In this document: positions 21,352-31,271 of the stretch, piece by piece
Layout: every line of letters starts with the position of its first letter
Numbering within the stretch: the first letter of the stretch is position 1
Source of the DNA: an uncultured Chloroflexia bacterium
Lineage (GTDB): Bacteria; Chloroflexota; Anaerolineae; JAAYZQ01
Direction: 5' to 3'
DNA length: 64,000 nt
Assembly (NCBI GenBank): GCA_963700285.1
Contig: CAVOXA010000014.1
Location: 608,001 to 672,000, forward strand
The notes under the pieces: generated by a model
Told to the model about the DNA's origin: nothing
The model's database searches: none
The model's input: only the letters and a program-made list of their open reading frames with translations
Made by a program: the position numbers and the translations under genes

Positions 21352-22143
21352 ATGGCGGTACTTCTTCTGGCAACAATGCTCCTTGCCGCTTGCACGACCG
21401 CTCAAGGAGGGAAAACTCTGGTGAACCTGTCCGGTAGTAACCAGCAGGTGGAAAACGTGAGCGAGAAAAACACGGTTACAGACGCGGCAGATGAAAACCC
21501 ACCCACGAACAAGGCAGAACCCATTCAGACCAGGACGGCAACCTTTGCGTTAGGCTGATTTTGGGGACCAGACTCCCGGTTCGGGAGCCTTCCAGGAGTA
21601 GTACGCACCCGCGTGGGCTATGCCGGTGGGACCAAAGCAGATCCCACCTATCGGAGTCTGGGTGACCACAGCGAAACGATTCAGATCGACTATGACCCGG
21701 CCATAATCTCCTACGAGGAGTTGTTGGCAGTATTCTGGAACAGCCACAGCCCCACGTCACGACCCTTTTCCCAGCAGTACGCGTCCATCATCTTCTACCA
21801 CGACGAGGAGCAGGAGCAGCTTGCCACCCAATCAAGGGCTCAGGAGTCCGCCAGGCGCGGAGAGCAAGTGTTCACCGAGATCCGCCCTTTCTCCGAGTTC
21901 TACCTGGCCGAGGACTACCACCAGAAGTACTGGCTGCAGCAAGCGCCGGATCTGATGGAGCAGTTTCGTACCATCTATCCTGACACCGCGGATTTTTTCA
22001 ACTCGACGGCTGCGGCCCGCATGAATGGGTACGCCGGCGGAAACTCCACAGCCGCAGATCTGCAGTCAGCCCTGGCCGAATCGGGTCTGTCCACAGAAGC
22101 GCAGAAGAAGCTGCTTGAAATCGTGTCCAACGGCAGGCGCTAG
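21352..22143 (+). CDS. msrA: Lipoprotein peptide-methionine (S)-S-oxide reductase with in-frame UGA (selenocysteine)
   Basis: ORFs 21334-21558 and 21613-22143 share a frame; read-through gives ATFALG-U-FWGPD..RTRVGYAGG..DHSE..AEDYHQKY; LLAAC lipobox; start 21334 is also possible. Confidence 0.9.
21571..21589 (+). promoter_or_regulatory. Candidate bacterial SECIS hairpin
   Basis: CTCCCG-GTT-CGGGAG starting 14 nt after the UGA at 21556-21558, with G in the apical loop. Confidence 0.6.
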
Positions 22144-22158
22144 AGCCTCCGGCACTCG

Positions 22159-22193
22159 GGCCAGGAGTGGAGTCCAGTGACTCCACCCTGGCC
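22159..22193 (+). terminator. Hairpin after msrA
   Basis: GGCCAGG-A-GTGGAGTC-CAGT-GACTCCAC-CCTGGCC; no U tract. Confidence 0.45.
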
Positions 22194-22260
22194 AAAGCAC
22201 CTCCCATAGTACGCCATCCGGCAGTCCTGAACAACATCAAAGTGGTGGAGGCGATGGCCA

Positions 22261-23013
22261 ATGCATTTTGATATCCTGACCCTGTTTCCCAACCTGTTCG
22301 CTGGAGTATTCGAAGAGAGTATCACCCTGCGCGCCCGCGAGGTCGGACTGCTCACCATCAGCATCCACAACATCCGCGACTATGCGGCCGGGCGCCACCG
22401 CGTCACAGATGACACACCCTACGGTGGTGGGGGAGGCATGGTCATGAAGCCCGAGCCACTCTTTGCCGCCGTGGAAAGCATATTGGGCGACGGCATGGAT
22501 ACCACACCAATCATCATGCTCAGTCCCCAGGGGCGGCGTTTTACCCAGCAGGTGGCCCGTGAACTGGCTCGCCAGCAGGCGCGGCTACTGCTAATCTGCG
22601 GTCGCTATGAGGGCGTGGATGAACGGGTCCACCAGTATCTGGTTACGGACGAAATATCGATTGGCGACTATGTCCTATCAGGCGGCGAAGTGCCAGCCAT
22701 GGTCCTTGTCGAAGCGATCACCCGCCTGATCCCAGGGGTACTGGGCGACCCGTCGGCAACTTTTGAAGATTCACATGCAGAGGGGCTGCTGGAGTACCCT
22801 CAATACACCCGCCCACCTACTTTCCGCGGCCATTCTGTACCAGACGTCCTATTGTCCGGCCATCACGCCAAGATCGTACGCTGGCGGAGGCAGCAGGCAC
22901 TGCGTCGTACTCGAGAGCGCCGGCCGGACCTTCTGCAAAACGCTCGCCTTAGCAGCGAAGACCAGGCCCTTCTGTGCCAGATTGAGGCCGAAAGCGAACC
23001 ACCGGCCCAATAA
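22261..23013 (+). CDS. trmD: tRNA (guanine37-N1)-methyltransferase
   Basis: [48 protein letters not shown]. Confidence 0.97.
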   Translation: MHFDILTLFPNLFAGVFEESITLRAREVGLLTISIHNIRDYAAGRHRVTDDTPYGGGGGMVMKPEPLFAAVESILGDGMDTTPIIMLSPQGRRFTQQVARELARQQARLLLICGRYEGVDERVHQYLVTDEISIGDYVLSGGEVPAMVLVEAITRLIPGVLGDPSATFEDSHAEGLLEYPQYTRPPTFRGHSVPDVLLSGHHAKIVRWRRQQALRRTRERRPDLLQNARLSSEDQALLCQIEAESEPPAQ

Positions 23014-23014
23014 C

Positions 23015-23043
23015 TTGCCTTTTCGGACGATTCATGTTATAAT
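23015..23043 (+). promoter_or_regulatory. sigma70 promoter
   Basis: TTGCCT-17 nt-TATAAT with TG extended -10. Confidence 0.7.
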
Positions 23044-23081
23044 CTGCTTGTTTCCTACATCAGGTCAACGGCAGAAGAGAC

Positions 23082-24743
23082 ATGAAATCCACTGAGACCA
23101 AGGCGACGTCCAGGGGACCAAGACCAAAGGGATCAGGCCCCGACCGGCTGACCCTGATCCTGATTGGGCTGGCCATCTTTTTTTCTGCTGTGGCGGCACT
23201 GCTCACGCTTGACATCCTGCTTTCGTCCGAGCCTGATGGCCAGATAGTCAGATCTCCTAGCCCGGCCACGGACACGCTGACCTATAGTGCTCCCCCGGCA
23301 ACTCCGATGGCGACAGTCACACCCGGTACACCCCCTCCGTGCGTCGCGCCCCAGGATTGGGGCACATACGTTGTCCAAGAAGGCGACACGCTCTATTCCC
23401 TTGCTGAAGAATCGGGGACCGACTTTCAGACCCTCAAGCGCGTGAACTGCTTGCAGAGATCCAACATTTGGGTTGGGCAGGAACTCTATGTGCTCGGGCC
23501 GCTAGCGCTGCCAACCTTCGCGACAGCTACGCCGGGCCAAGCCGCTGCCATCAGTGCCCCTGGGACACCAGAACCCGAGGCCACGATGGGTTCCGAGCCC
23601 GAATCCCAACAGGCCTCAGTGGAACCCATGACGGCCTTTGAGATCGACATCCCGAACCGTTTTGTCAACATTGTACTGCTGGGCACCGATGTGAACTTCC
23701 GGCGCCTGGATGGTACCTGGCGGACCGACAGCATCATCATCGCTTCGATAGACGTTGAGGATGGTTCTGTCGGCCTGCTGCACGTCCCTCGCGACCTGTG
23801 GGTCTACATCCCCAACTATGGCTACAACCGGATCAATACGGCGGATCTGTGGGGTGAACTGGACAAAGAAGGTGGTGGTCCAGAGAGGGTCAAGGAGACC
23901 ATCGAGTACAACTTGGGCATCCCCATCGACTACTATGTCAAGATGCATCGAGAGGGCTTCAAGAAGATCGTTGATACGCTTGGAGGCGTGGACATTGACG
24001 TTGCCTGTCCCCTGCCGGAATTGAGCCTGGACGCGGGCATGCACCACCTGGATGGTGAGATGGCCTACGAGTTCGTGCACACTCGGGAAACCAGCAGCGA
24101 CTATGATCGAGGCCGTCGCCAACGAAAAATGCTGATGGCTCTTTGGGAACAGGCGCTCACACCGGACATCATCACCAAACTACCACAACTGTGGGTCAGT
24201 ATGGGTGACACCTTCGAAACCGACATACCCATGGATCAAGCCCTGAACCTTGCTCGATTGGGCCTGCAGCTCAACTTCGAGGATATCGATACCAAAGCCA
24301 TCTCCGGCAAGGAAACCAAGAATTGGACCACGCCGGAGGGCCTCATGGTCCTTTTGCCCCGCGAGGAAGAACTGAAGATCCTCTTACAAGAATTCTATGC
24401 CCCAGACAAGCAGCCGGGACGCCAGGAAAAACGCGGCAAGATACGCGTGCAGGTGTTAAATGGGACAAATCGCCCCGATGCCGAACAACTGGCTGCGTCA
24501 GAACTAAAGCGGGAGGGGTACAAGATTGTCGGCAAGGATGTAGCCAATCGGCGTGACTATCGCCGTACTCAGATCATCGTACGCAGGGGTGATCCGGCTG
24601 CAGGCGAGAGCATAGCGCGCCAGTTGGGTATTCCTGTCGATTCCGTCCAGGATGAGACCAATGTGCCAGATCCGCCCAACCCCTCAGACCAGGTGGATAT
24701 CAGGATGATCCTGGGTACAGACTACGATCCCTGCCAGCGCTAA
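23082..24743 (+). CDS. LCP (LytR-CpsA-Psr) protein with LysM and LytR_C domains
   Basis: TM helix, YVVQEGDTLYSLA LysM, RTDS..VPRDLWV, DYDRGRRQ, VQVLNGT..ILGTDY. Confidence 0.9.
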   Translation: MKSTETKATSRGPRPKGSGPDRLTLILIGLAIFFSAVAALLTLDILLSSEPDGQIVRSPSPATDTLTYSAPPATPMATVTPGTPPPCVAPQDWGTYVVQEGDTLYSLAEESGTDFQTLKRVNCLQRSNIWVGQELYVLGPLALPTFATATPGQAAAISAPGTPEPEATMGSEPESQQASVEPMTAFEIDIPNRFVNIVLLGTDVNFRRLDGTWRTDSIIIASIDVEDGSVGLLHVPRDLWVYIPNYGYNRINTADLWGELDKEGGGPERVKETIEYNLGIPIDYYVKMHREGFKKIVDTLGGVDIDVACPLPELSLDAGMHHLDGEMAYEFVHTRETSSDYDRGRRQRKMLMALWEQALTPDIITKLPQLWVSMGDTFETDIPMDQALNLARLGLQLNFEDIDTKAISGKETKNWTTPEGLMVLLPREEELKILLQEFYAPDKQPGRQEKRGKIRVQVLNGTNRPDAEQLAASELKREGYKIVGKDVANRRDYRRTQIIVRRGDPAAGESIARQLGIPVDSVQDETNVPDPPNPSDQVDIRMILGTDYDPCQR

Positions 24744-24899
24744 AGCTGGCAGCCGGGGAATTCCAACTCTCGGCGAAAAGCCGGCACGTGGACCTAACCA
24801 AAACGTGAACGCCACAGACATGTCGGCTCGCCGTCCTCAACTCCTCACTGTGCTTGCCCATTTATCCAAGTACGTAAGCAGCCTCCGAACGGCCTTCCG

Positions 24900-24931
24900 G
24901 ATTGCCCAATGGGGGCAATCTGTGCTATAAT
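24900..24931 (+). promoter_or_regulatory. sigma70 promoter overlapped by an 8-bp inverted repeat
   Basis: TTGCCC-18 nt-TATAAT; GATTGCCC-AATGG-GGGCAATC. Confidence 0.6.
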
Positions 24932-24969
24932 CCGCGCGTTTTCCAGGCCGGTCCGACCGCAAGGAAGGT

Positions 24970-27068
24970 ATGAGACTCATAGAACTCAGATCAAGCGATA
25001 GACAACCAAGGCCCAATGGTCGGCGCACGGACTGGATGACCTATTTGCTCATTGCGGCAGCCATTCTCCTGACGGCCGCGGCCGTGTTCATCGGTGCAGA
25101 TCTATGGATGCGCTCACCTTTCAGTAGGGCTATCGTCCAGGCGCTGGGTATGATAGATGCTCCTATCGCAGCCTCTGCCCAGCTCGAGGCAGGCGAGTCG
25201 CCAACCGCACAGGCTGCTTCGGCGGCGCCGCCTGTTGGCCAGCCTATCGTTGAACCTGGGATCGCCGGTCCCAACACTCCCCCGCCGTGCGTGCCCCCGA
25301 ACGACTGGGGCCTCCATATCGTCCAGAAGGGCAATACACTTCAAACCGTGGCAGATCGCTATGGCGCCGAGGTCAAGACCCTGATGCGAGTAAACTGCCT
25401 AAACACCCAGACCATCTTTGTCGGCCAGCGCCTGTATGTACCCGGCGGTCTGGCTTTCCCCATGCTGGAAACTCCCATGGAGGGCTGGCCCTTCACTCCC
25501 GACTCTGGCGGCGCAAAGCTGGCCAGCGCCGTGCCACCGGCGGACGCTCCCTCGGCGACACCAACGAGTACTCCAACCAGGACTCACGCGGCAATCCCGA
25601 CGACCCCGGCCGGATCGCGATCTGGACCCACAGCTACACCCAAACCTGGAGACTCTCGGATTAGCCCGACAACAGCCCCAGGGGAGACAGCCAACCCAGT
25701 CTCTTCAACCCCATCACCCATATCAGCCACGGATCTTGTGACAGCTACCTCGTCGATCCCCCTGGCCACCGATACCCCTGCCCCCACGGGCCCTCCGACT
25801 GCTATCGCGGCATCTGGGCTGGAGACAGGCATGCCGGACGCGCCGCTCCCCCCCTCGCCGGCTCAGCCGCAAGCGGACTCCAGCCGGCACCGCTGGCGCC
25901 TTCAGCCGAGATCAACATCCTTGCAGTCCAGATACCGACTCCAGCCGCCACAGCTACGCCCAAAAGCGCCTTCCAGGTCAATATCCCCAACCGTTATATC
26001 AACGTCGTCTTGCTGGGCTCAGACAAACGGCCCAACTCGGGCGCATGGCGCACAGACACCATGATTATCGCCTCACTGGACGTTGAGACCAACGTCGTGC
26101 GTCTCCTCTCCATCCCTCGTGACTTGTGGGTCTTTATCCCCGGGCATGGCTACAACCGGATCAACTCCGCGGAGTTGTGGGGCGAACTGGCCAGAAAGGG
26201 CAGTGGTACGGAGCGTGTAAAGCAAACGATCCACCATAACCTGGGGATCCCAATCCACTACTATGCTCGCGTTGATTTCAAGGGCTTTATGAAGATTGTG
26301 GATTTTGTCGGCGGCCTGGACATAGATGTGGCCTGCCCACTCCCTGATATCGAGCTCAAGCCTGGACTGCATCACATGGACGGACAGCAAGCTCTGCGCT
26401 TTGCCCGCTCCCGCAAGAGTACCAGCGACTATGACCGCGGCCGCCGCCAACGCAAAGTTCTATTAGCCCTCTGGGATCAGGCCCTTACCATGGACATGAT
26501 TCCCAAGCTACCAGGGTTGTGGGTGACCATGTCCGATGCGTTTGAGACAGATCTGCCGCTAGATCAGGTTCTCAATCTGGCCTACGTGGGTGTGCAGCTC
26601 AAGCCCCAACACATTCTTAGCAAAGCCATTACTCGCACACATGTCAAGGGCTGGAGGACGCCGGGAGGTGCCTCGGTCCTGCTGCCCCGCGAAGAAGAGA
26701 TCCGGACGCTACTGGAGAATTTCTATGCGCCAAAAGAACAGGCTGATCTCGATGGCGTGGACAAGGTTGGGGTTCAAGTTCTAAATGGGACAAGCCGCGG
26801 TCAAACCGCGGCCCTGGCTGCCTACGCCCTGCGTTGGGAGGGATTCAAAGTGATTGGTACCGGCCAAGCCGACAGCCAGGACAACGCCTACACGCAGATC
26901 CTTGTCCACAACGGAGACCTGGGCGCTGGAGAGGAAATAGCCCGACAGCTAGAGGTACCACTCACCGGCATTCAGGATCTGTCTGGCATCGGGGACAAGC
27001 CCGAAGTACCGGCATCGGTAAACATCCAAGTTATCCTGGGCAAAGACTATGACCCGTGCAAGAGGTAG
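24970..27068 (+). CDS. Second LysM-LCP-LytR_C paralog, split by a one-base frameshift (probably the C7 run at 25848-25854)
   Basis: LysM and Pro/Thr linker in ORF 24970; LCP (RTDT, SIPRDLWV, DYDRGRRQ) in ORF 26010; adding one C joins them and restores AFQVNIPNRYINVVLLG, matching paralog 1. Confidence 0.8.
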
Positions 27069-27114
27069 GATGGGTAGCTGAATGCTTCGGACTGAGCACA
27101 TCCAGTCCAACAAG

Positions 27115-27153
27115 GATGCCCGTCCAGGGCTTCGTCCAAGCTGAACGGGCATC
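27115..27153 (+). terminator. Hairpin after the LCP gene
   Basis: GATGCCCGTCCAG...CTGAACGGGCATC. Confidence 0.4.
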
Positions 27154-27345
27154 AGGATGAGAGGCCGGTTGGCGCCTACCCGCACCAGGATCCGGCTTCT
27201 CTTCACCAAGTATAACGCCACAATACAGTGAAAGGTTCACTTGGCTGGCATTGGCCTTTTGACGCCAGGTCGACCCATTAAGTCCACGCTGTCTGCGTTC
27301 TTGACAGACCACCGGACCCTCGCTATGCTGGCCCCGGAGGTGAAC

Positions 27346-28194
27346 ATGGTTGCTCAACCGGCACCCAACCAGAACCTGCTCCATAAAGAAGCCTATGCCG
27401 ACGACCGTCACCTGGATGTCCGCTACCGCACCCACCAGCTCTACACGGTCGACCCAATTGACTTTGGCCGATGGACACTGGAACAGCTTTGGTCAGATGC
27501 CACGTGGCGCAGGGGTGAGCGAGTGCTGGATGTAGGTTGCGCCCGGGGTGATCTACTCCGGGCCATGGCCAGCCAGCGCGAGGGCTGGGGCATTCTGGTG
27601 GGATGCGATCGCTCGCCAGGCATGATCGCCATAGGGCTCCAGTTGGTAGACGGTCTGCCCATCCAGCTATACGTGGGTGACGCCCAAGCCTTGCCGATGC
27701 CAGACAGAGCCTTCGACGTCGTGATGGCCCGGCATATGCTCTACCACGTACCGGACATCGACAGCGCGATCGCAGAGGCGGCGCGTGTGTTGCTGCCTGG
27801 CGGCCGCTTTCTCGTTACCACCAACAGCGCTCACACCATGCCCGAATACTGGGAAGTACGAGATCGGGCTGGTCACCGGTTCCCCGCCATGGCCCCCGTC
27901 GAGAACGTCAATGAGCGATTCTCCCTGGAGAACGGCGGGGCCTACCTGGAACCCTATTTCGATCAGGTTGAGGTACATAGCCTGTATGGCACCTTGCGCT
28001 TCCCCAGCGCCGGACCTTTTGTAGACTATTTCGCCAGCACCCGCGCGCTCACCATGCATCCGGACCACACCGATTCCGAATGGCAAGCCGTCGTCGACTT
28101 TGTTCAGGCAGAAGCCGAGGGGATTATTGCCCGAGAGGGACGATTGGACGTGACCAAGGTTACGGGCGCCATCGTGGCGGTCAAGGGAAGCTGA
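27346..28194 (+). CDS. Class I SAM-dependent methyltransferase
   Basis: VLDVGCARG, GDAQALP, FDVVMARHMLYHVPD, RVLLPGG; GGAGG before ATG. Confidence 0.88.
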   Translation: MVAQPAPNQNLLHKEAYADDRHLDVRYRTHQLYTVDPIDFGRWTLEQLWSDATWRRGERVLDVGCARGDLLRAMASQREGWGILVGCDRSPGMIAIGLQLVDGLPIQLYVGDAQALPMPDRAFDVVMARHMLYHVPDIDSAIAEAARVLLPGGRFLVTTNSAHTMPEYWEVRDRAGHRFPAMAPVENVNERFSLENGGAYLEPYFDQVEVHSLYGTLRFPSAGPFVDYFASTRALTMHPDHTDSEWQAVVDFVQAEAEGIIAREGRLDVTKVTGAIVAVKGS

Positions 28195-28274
28195 ACTTTG
28201 GCAGGATCTGTGGAACCAACCCCAGATCGCCTTGGCTGCTCCGCAGCGTGCGGGCACTTCTCAGGGCGGGTGGA

Positions 28275-30152
28275 ATGAATCTTCGCAAGGCTCGTTGGGA
28301 GACCTTGGGATTGGTCCTGATCCTCCTAGCGGGTGCAACATTGAGGCTGTACGGGCTGAACTGGGATGGCGGCCACTGGCTGCACCCCGACGAGCGGCAG
28401 ATCTATTTTGTCACGATTGACCTGGGCTGGCCAAGCAGTCTGGCCGAGGCTCTGAGCCCGGACAGCCCGCTCAACCCTGGTTTTTTTGCCTACGGCTCCC
28501 TGCCCTTCTACTTGCTGAAACTGGTGGCTGTCCTCCTAGCAACTCTTTGGCCCGCCCTCGGCGACCCCAACAACCTGCACCTAGTTGGACGCCCTATCGC
28601 CGCTCTCTTTGATCTAGGTACCATCTACCTCACCTACCGCTTGGCCTCGATGCTTCTGCCGCCCTCACGCAGGCGGGGTGGACTGGAGTCTGGCGCGCTG
28701 CTGCCGGCCGCTCTGGCCAGCCTGGCCGTCCTGCACGTGCAACTCGCCCATTTCTACACATCCGACCCTCTCCTCACCTTCTTTGTTTTGCTCACTTTGA
28801 ACCTGGCTGTTGATGTAGCCCGCGGCGGCAGGCGCGGGCGCCAGGCGGCATTGGGCATTGCCTTTGGGCTGGCCATGAGCACCAAGGTTGTTGCAGCCCT
28901 ACTGATCGTACCCATTTTTGCCGCCTGCTATATGCGAGCCACCAGGGGCAGGATACCAGAACCAGGAGAAGAAGCCCAACCATCGAGCCTTCTACCGCCC
29001 GTGTCTGCGGCCATCCGCTGCGCGATCCCGGGATTGGTCCTGGCAGCCTGTGTCTTTATCATCGTCCAGCCCTACGCGCTCATCGACTGGCGAACCTTCC
29101 TGGGGGACACAATGCGCGAGTCGCAGATTGCCTGGGGCTGGCTCGATGCCCCTTACACCCGGCAGTATGCCGGCACCCTACCCTATCTCTACTCCATGTG
29201 GCAGGCAGCGCTGTGGGGCATGGTCTTGCCCTTCGGCTTGGCCGCATGGGCCGCTCTGGGCGTAACCCTGATCCGCTGGATACGCGGTGGTGCTTGGGCC
29301 ACCGCCCAGCTTCTGGCCTGGGCCGGTCCCTACCTGGCTTTCACCGGGTTACTGTACGCGAAATACCTCCGATATATGCTGCCGCTCGTACCCATCCTCT
29401 GCATACTGGTCGCTCAAATTATCTCCACTCGCAAGCCCGAAGAGGCTTTGTCCGCAGAGCCCGCGCCCGCTATCCCTCCCCCATCGTCTGTTGTCCGCCG
29501 TCCGTCGTCCATCCTGCATGCTCCATCAGTTGTTACCGCAATCGTTGTACTGCTGCTTCTTGTCTCATTGGCCTACGCCCTGGCCTTCGCGAGTATCTAC
29601 ATCGAGCCCCACACCTGGATCACGGCTTCGAAGTGGTTCTACGAGCACGCGCCAGCAGACAGCGTGCTGGCCCTGGAGGAATGGGACACGGCGTTGCCAC
29701 TGCCGCTGGAAATCGACGGACAGTCGCGGCGCATTGAGGAGTATAACACACACACGTTGGCCCTCTATAGTGAACCAGACGATGATACAAAGTGGCAGCG
29801 GATTACGGCCAATTTGGCTCAAAGCGATTATGTCATCATCGCCAGCCGTCGCCTCTACGGTTCCATCCCCCGTCAACCCGCTCGCTATCCACTGACCACC
29901 CACTATTACGAACGTCTTTTTTCTGGTGAACTCGGCTTTGAGCTAGCTATGGAATTCACCCGCGGCCCAAGCTGGCTCAACCCGCGCCTGCCGCCACTGC
30001 CCGGCGCTGCCCCGCAGCTACTCCTGCCCGACGAGAGCTTTGTCGTCTACGATCACCCACGGACATTGATCTTTCACAACGTCGAGAACCTGCCAGCAGG
30101 GGAGCTGATGCGCCGGCTGCAGCGACCACTCTGGCGGGACAATTCGCCATGA
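28275..30152 (+). CDS. GT-C fold membrane glycosyltransferase (ArnT/PMT-like)
   Basis: LRLYGLNWD..HPDER, FFAYGSLP, multiple TM helices, DESFVVYDHP. Confidence 0.8.
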   Translation: MNLRKARWETLGLVLILLAGATLRLYGLNWDGGHWLHPDERQIYFVTIDLGWPSSLAEALSPDSPLNPGFFAYGSLPFYLLKLVAVLLATLWPALGDPNNLHLVGRPIAALFDLGTIYLTYRLASMLLPPSRRRGGLESGALLPAALASLAVLHVQLAHFYTSDPLLTFFVLLTLNLAVDVARGGRRGRQAALGIAFGLAMSTKVVAALLIVPIFAACYMRATRGRIPEPGEEAQPSSLLPPVSAAIRCAIPGLVLAACVFIIVQPYALIDWRTFLGDTMRESQIAWGWLDAPYTRQYAGTLPYLYSMWQAALWGMVLPFGLAAWAALGVTLIRWIRGGAWATAQLLAWAGPYLAFTGLLYAKYLRYMLPLVPILCILVAQIISTRKPEEALSAEPAPAIPPPSSVVRRPSSILHAPSVVTAIVVLLLLVSLAYALAFASIYIEPHTWITASKWFYEHAPADSVLALEEWDTALPLPLEIDGQSRRIEEYNTHTLALYSEPDDDTKWQRITANLAQSDYVIIASRRLYGSIPRQPARYPLTTHYYERLFSGELGFELAMEFTRGPSWLNPRLPPLPGAAPQLLLPDESFVVYDHPRTLIFHNVENLPAGELMRRLQRPLWRDNSP

Positions 30153-30194
30153 GTGACGAACAATGCTATAATTGGCCGCTTGGGAGGAGCTGTT

Positions 30195-31271
30195 TTGAAG
30201 AAAGCGCGTTTCTGGATAGGCATCCTGATCAGCGTCATTGCCCTGGCTCTGGCCTTTCGCCAGGTGAACTTTGCCGCTGTTCTGGCGGCCCTGGCAGGCG
30301 TCAACTACTGGCTGCTGGCCGCTTCCCTGGTGCCGCTGGTCCTGTTCCTGGTTCTACGAGCCTTTCGCTGGCGATTGTTATTCTACCCGAAGCAAGGGCT
30401 TCATATCCGCAACCTGTTTGCCGTCATTAACATCGGCTATCTCCTGAGCAACATCTTTCCCGCTCGCCTGGGAGATGTGGCCCGCGCCTATCTCATCGGC
30501 GATACAGAGGATGTAAGCCGTGCGTCCGCATTCTCGACCGTCGTCGCCGAGCGCGTACTGGATGCCCTGTGTGCTGTCGGTGGCTTTTTCATCATTCTGC
30601 CCTTTGCTCCTCTGCCCGACTGGATGATCCGAGGGGGTCTTGTCGTTGGGGCCGCGGCTGTGGTAGCCGTGGTAGTGTTTGTCATCCTGGTTCGCCGCAG
30701 GGAATGGACCCTTCGCCTGTTGGACCGCATCCTTCGCGCCCTGCACTGGCCGGGCTGCGATACGATGACCCTGTTCTGGGCCAGGCTGGGCGAGCGGACG
30801 CGTCTGGGCTTTGTCGCCCACCTCCCCTGGGCTGACCGGTCGCAATTGGGCAGCATGGCCGGCTCGCTCATCGACGGCTTCAGCGGCATCACAACCCTGC
30901 GGCTGGGCCCCCCTCTCCTCCTGTGGTCAGTCCTCATCTGGACCACGATCAGCGTTTACTACTGGATAGTCCTGCTGGCCTTTGAGTCAGGTCAGCCTTT
31001 TGTCGCCGGCCTCGCCGTCGCCTCGGTGACCGCCTTGGGCATGACCATACCAGCGTCCCCTGGCTACATTGGCGTATTCGAGTTCTTGACCCGCGAAACC
31101 CTGGTCCTCTTTGGTATGATGCCCGAGCTGGCTCTGGGGTACGCACTGGTGGCCCATGCTATCGTCTATATTGTGTACACAATCCTCGGCCTGTTGAGCA
31201 TGATCCAACAGAACCTGAGCTATACCGAAATCCAGCAGAAAATCTCTACGGAAGCCCAGTCGTCAACGTGA
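30195..31271 (+). CDS. Lysylphosphatidylglycerol synthase TM-domain (flippase-like) protein
   Basis: LRAFRWRLL, PARLGDVARAY, ERVLD, PASPGYIGVFE; TTG after GGAGG, with TGCTATAAT at 30164-30172 upstream. Confidence 0.82.
   Translation: MKKARFWIGILISVIALALAFRQVNFAAVLAALAGVNYWLLAASLVPLVLFLVLRAFRWRLLFYPKQGLHIRNLFAVINIGYLLSNIFPARLGDVARAYLIGDTEDVSRASAFSTVVAERVLDALCAVGGFFIILPFAPLPDWMIRGGLVVGAAAVVAVVVFVILVRRREWTLRLLDRILRALHWPGCDTMTLFWARLGERTRLGFVAHLPWADRSQLGSMAGSLIDGFSGITTLRLGPPLLLWSVLIWTTISVYYWIVLLAFESGQPFVAGLAVASVTALGMTIPASPGYIGVFEFLTRETLVLFGMMPELALGYALVAHAIVYIVYTILGLLSMIQQNLSYTEIQQKISTEAQSST

Noticed and set aside
21334-22143. msrA as a nonsense pseudogene or two genes
   Set aside because: The stop is TGA exactly at the catalytic Cys with a hairpin downstream; Sec recoding explains it better
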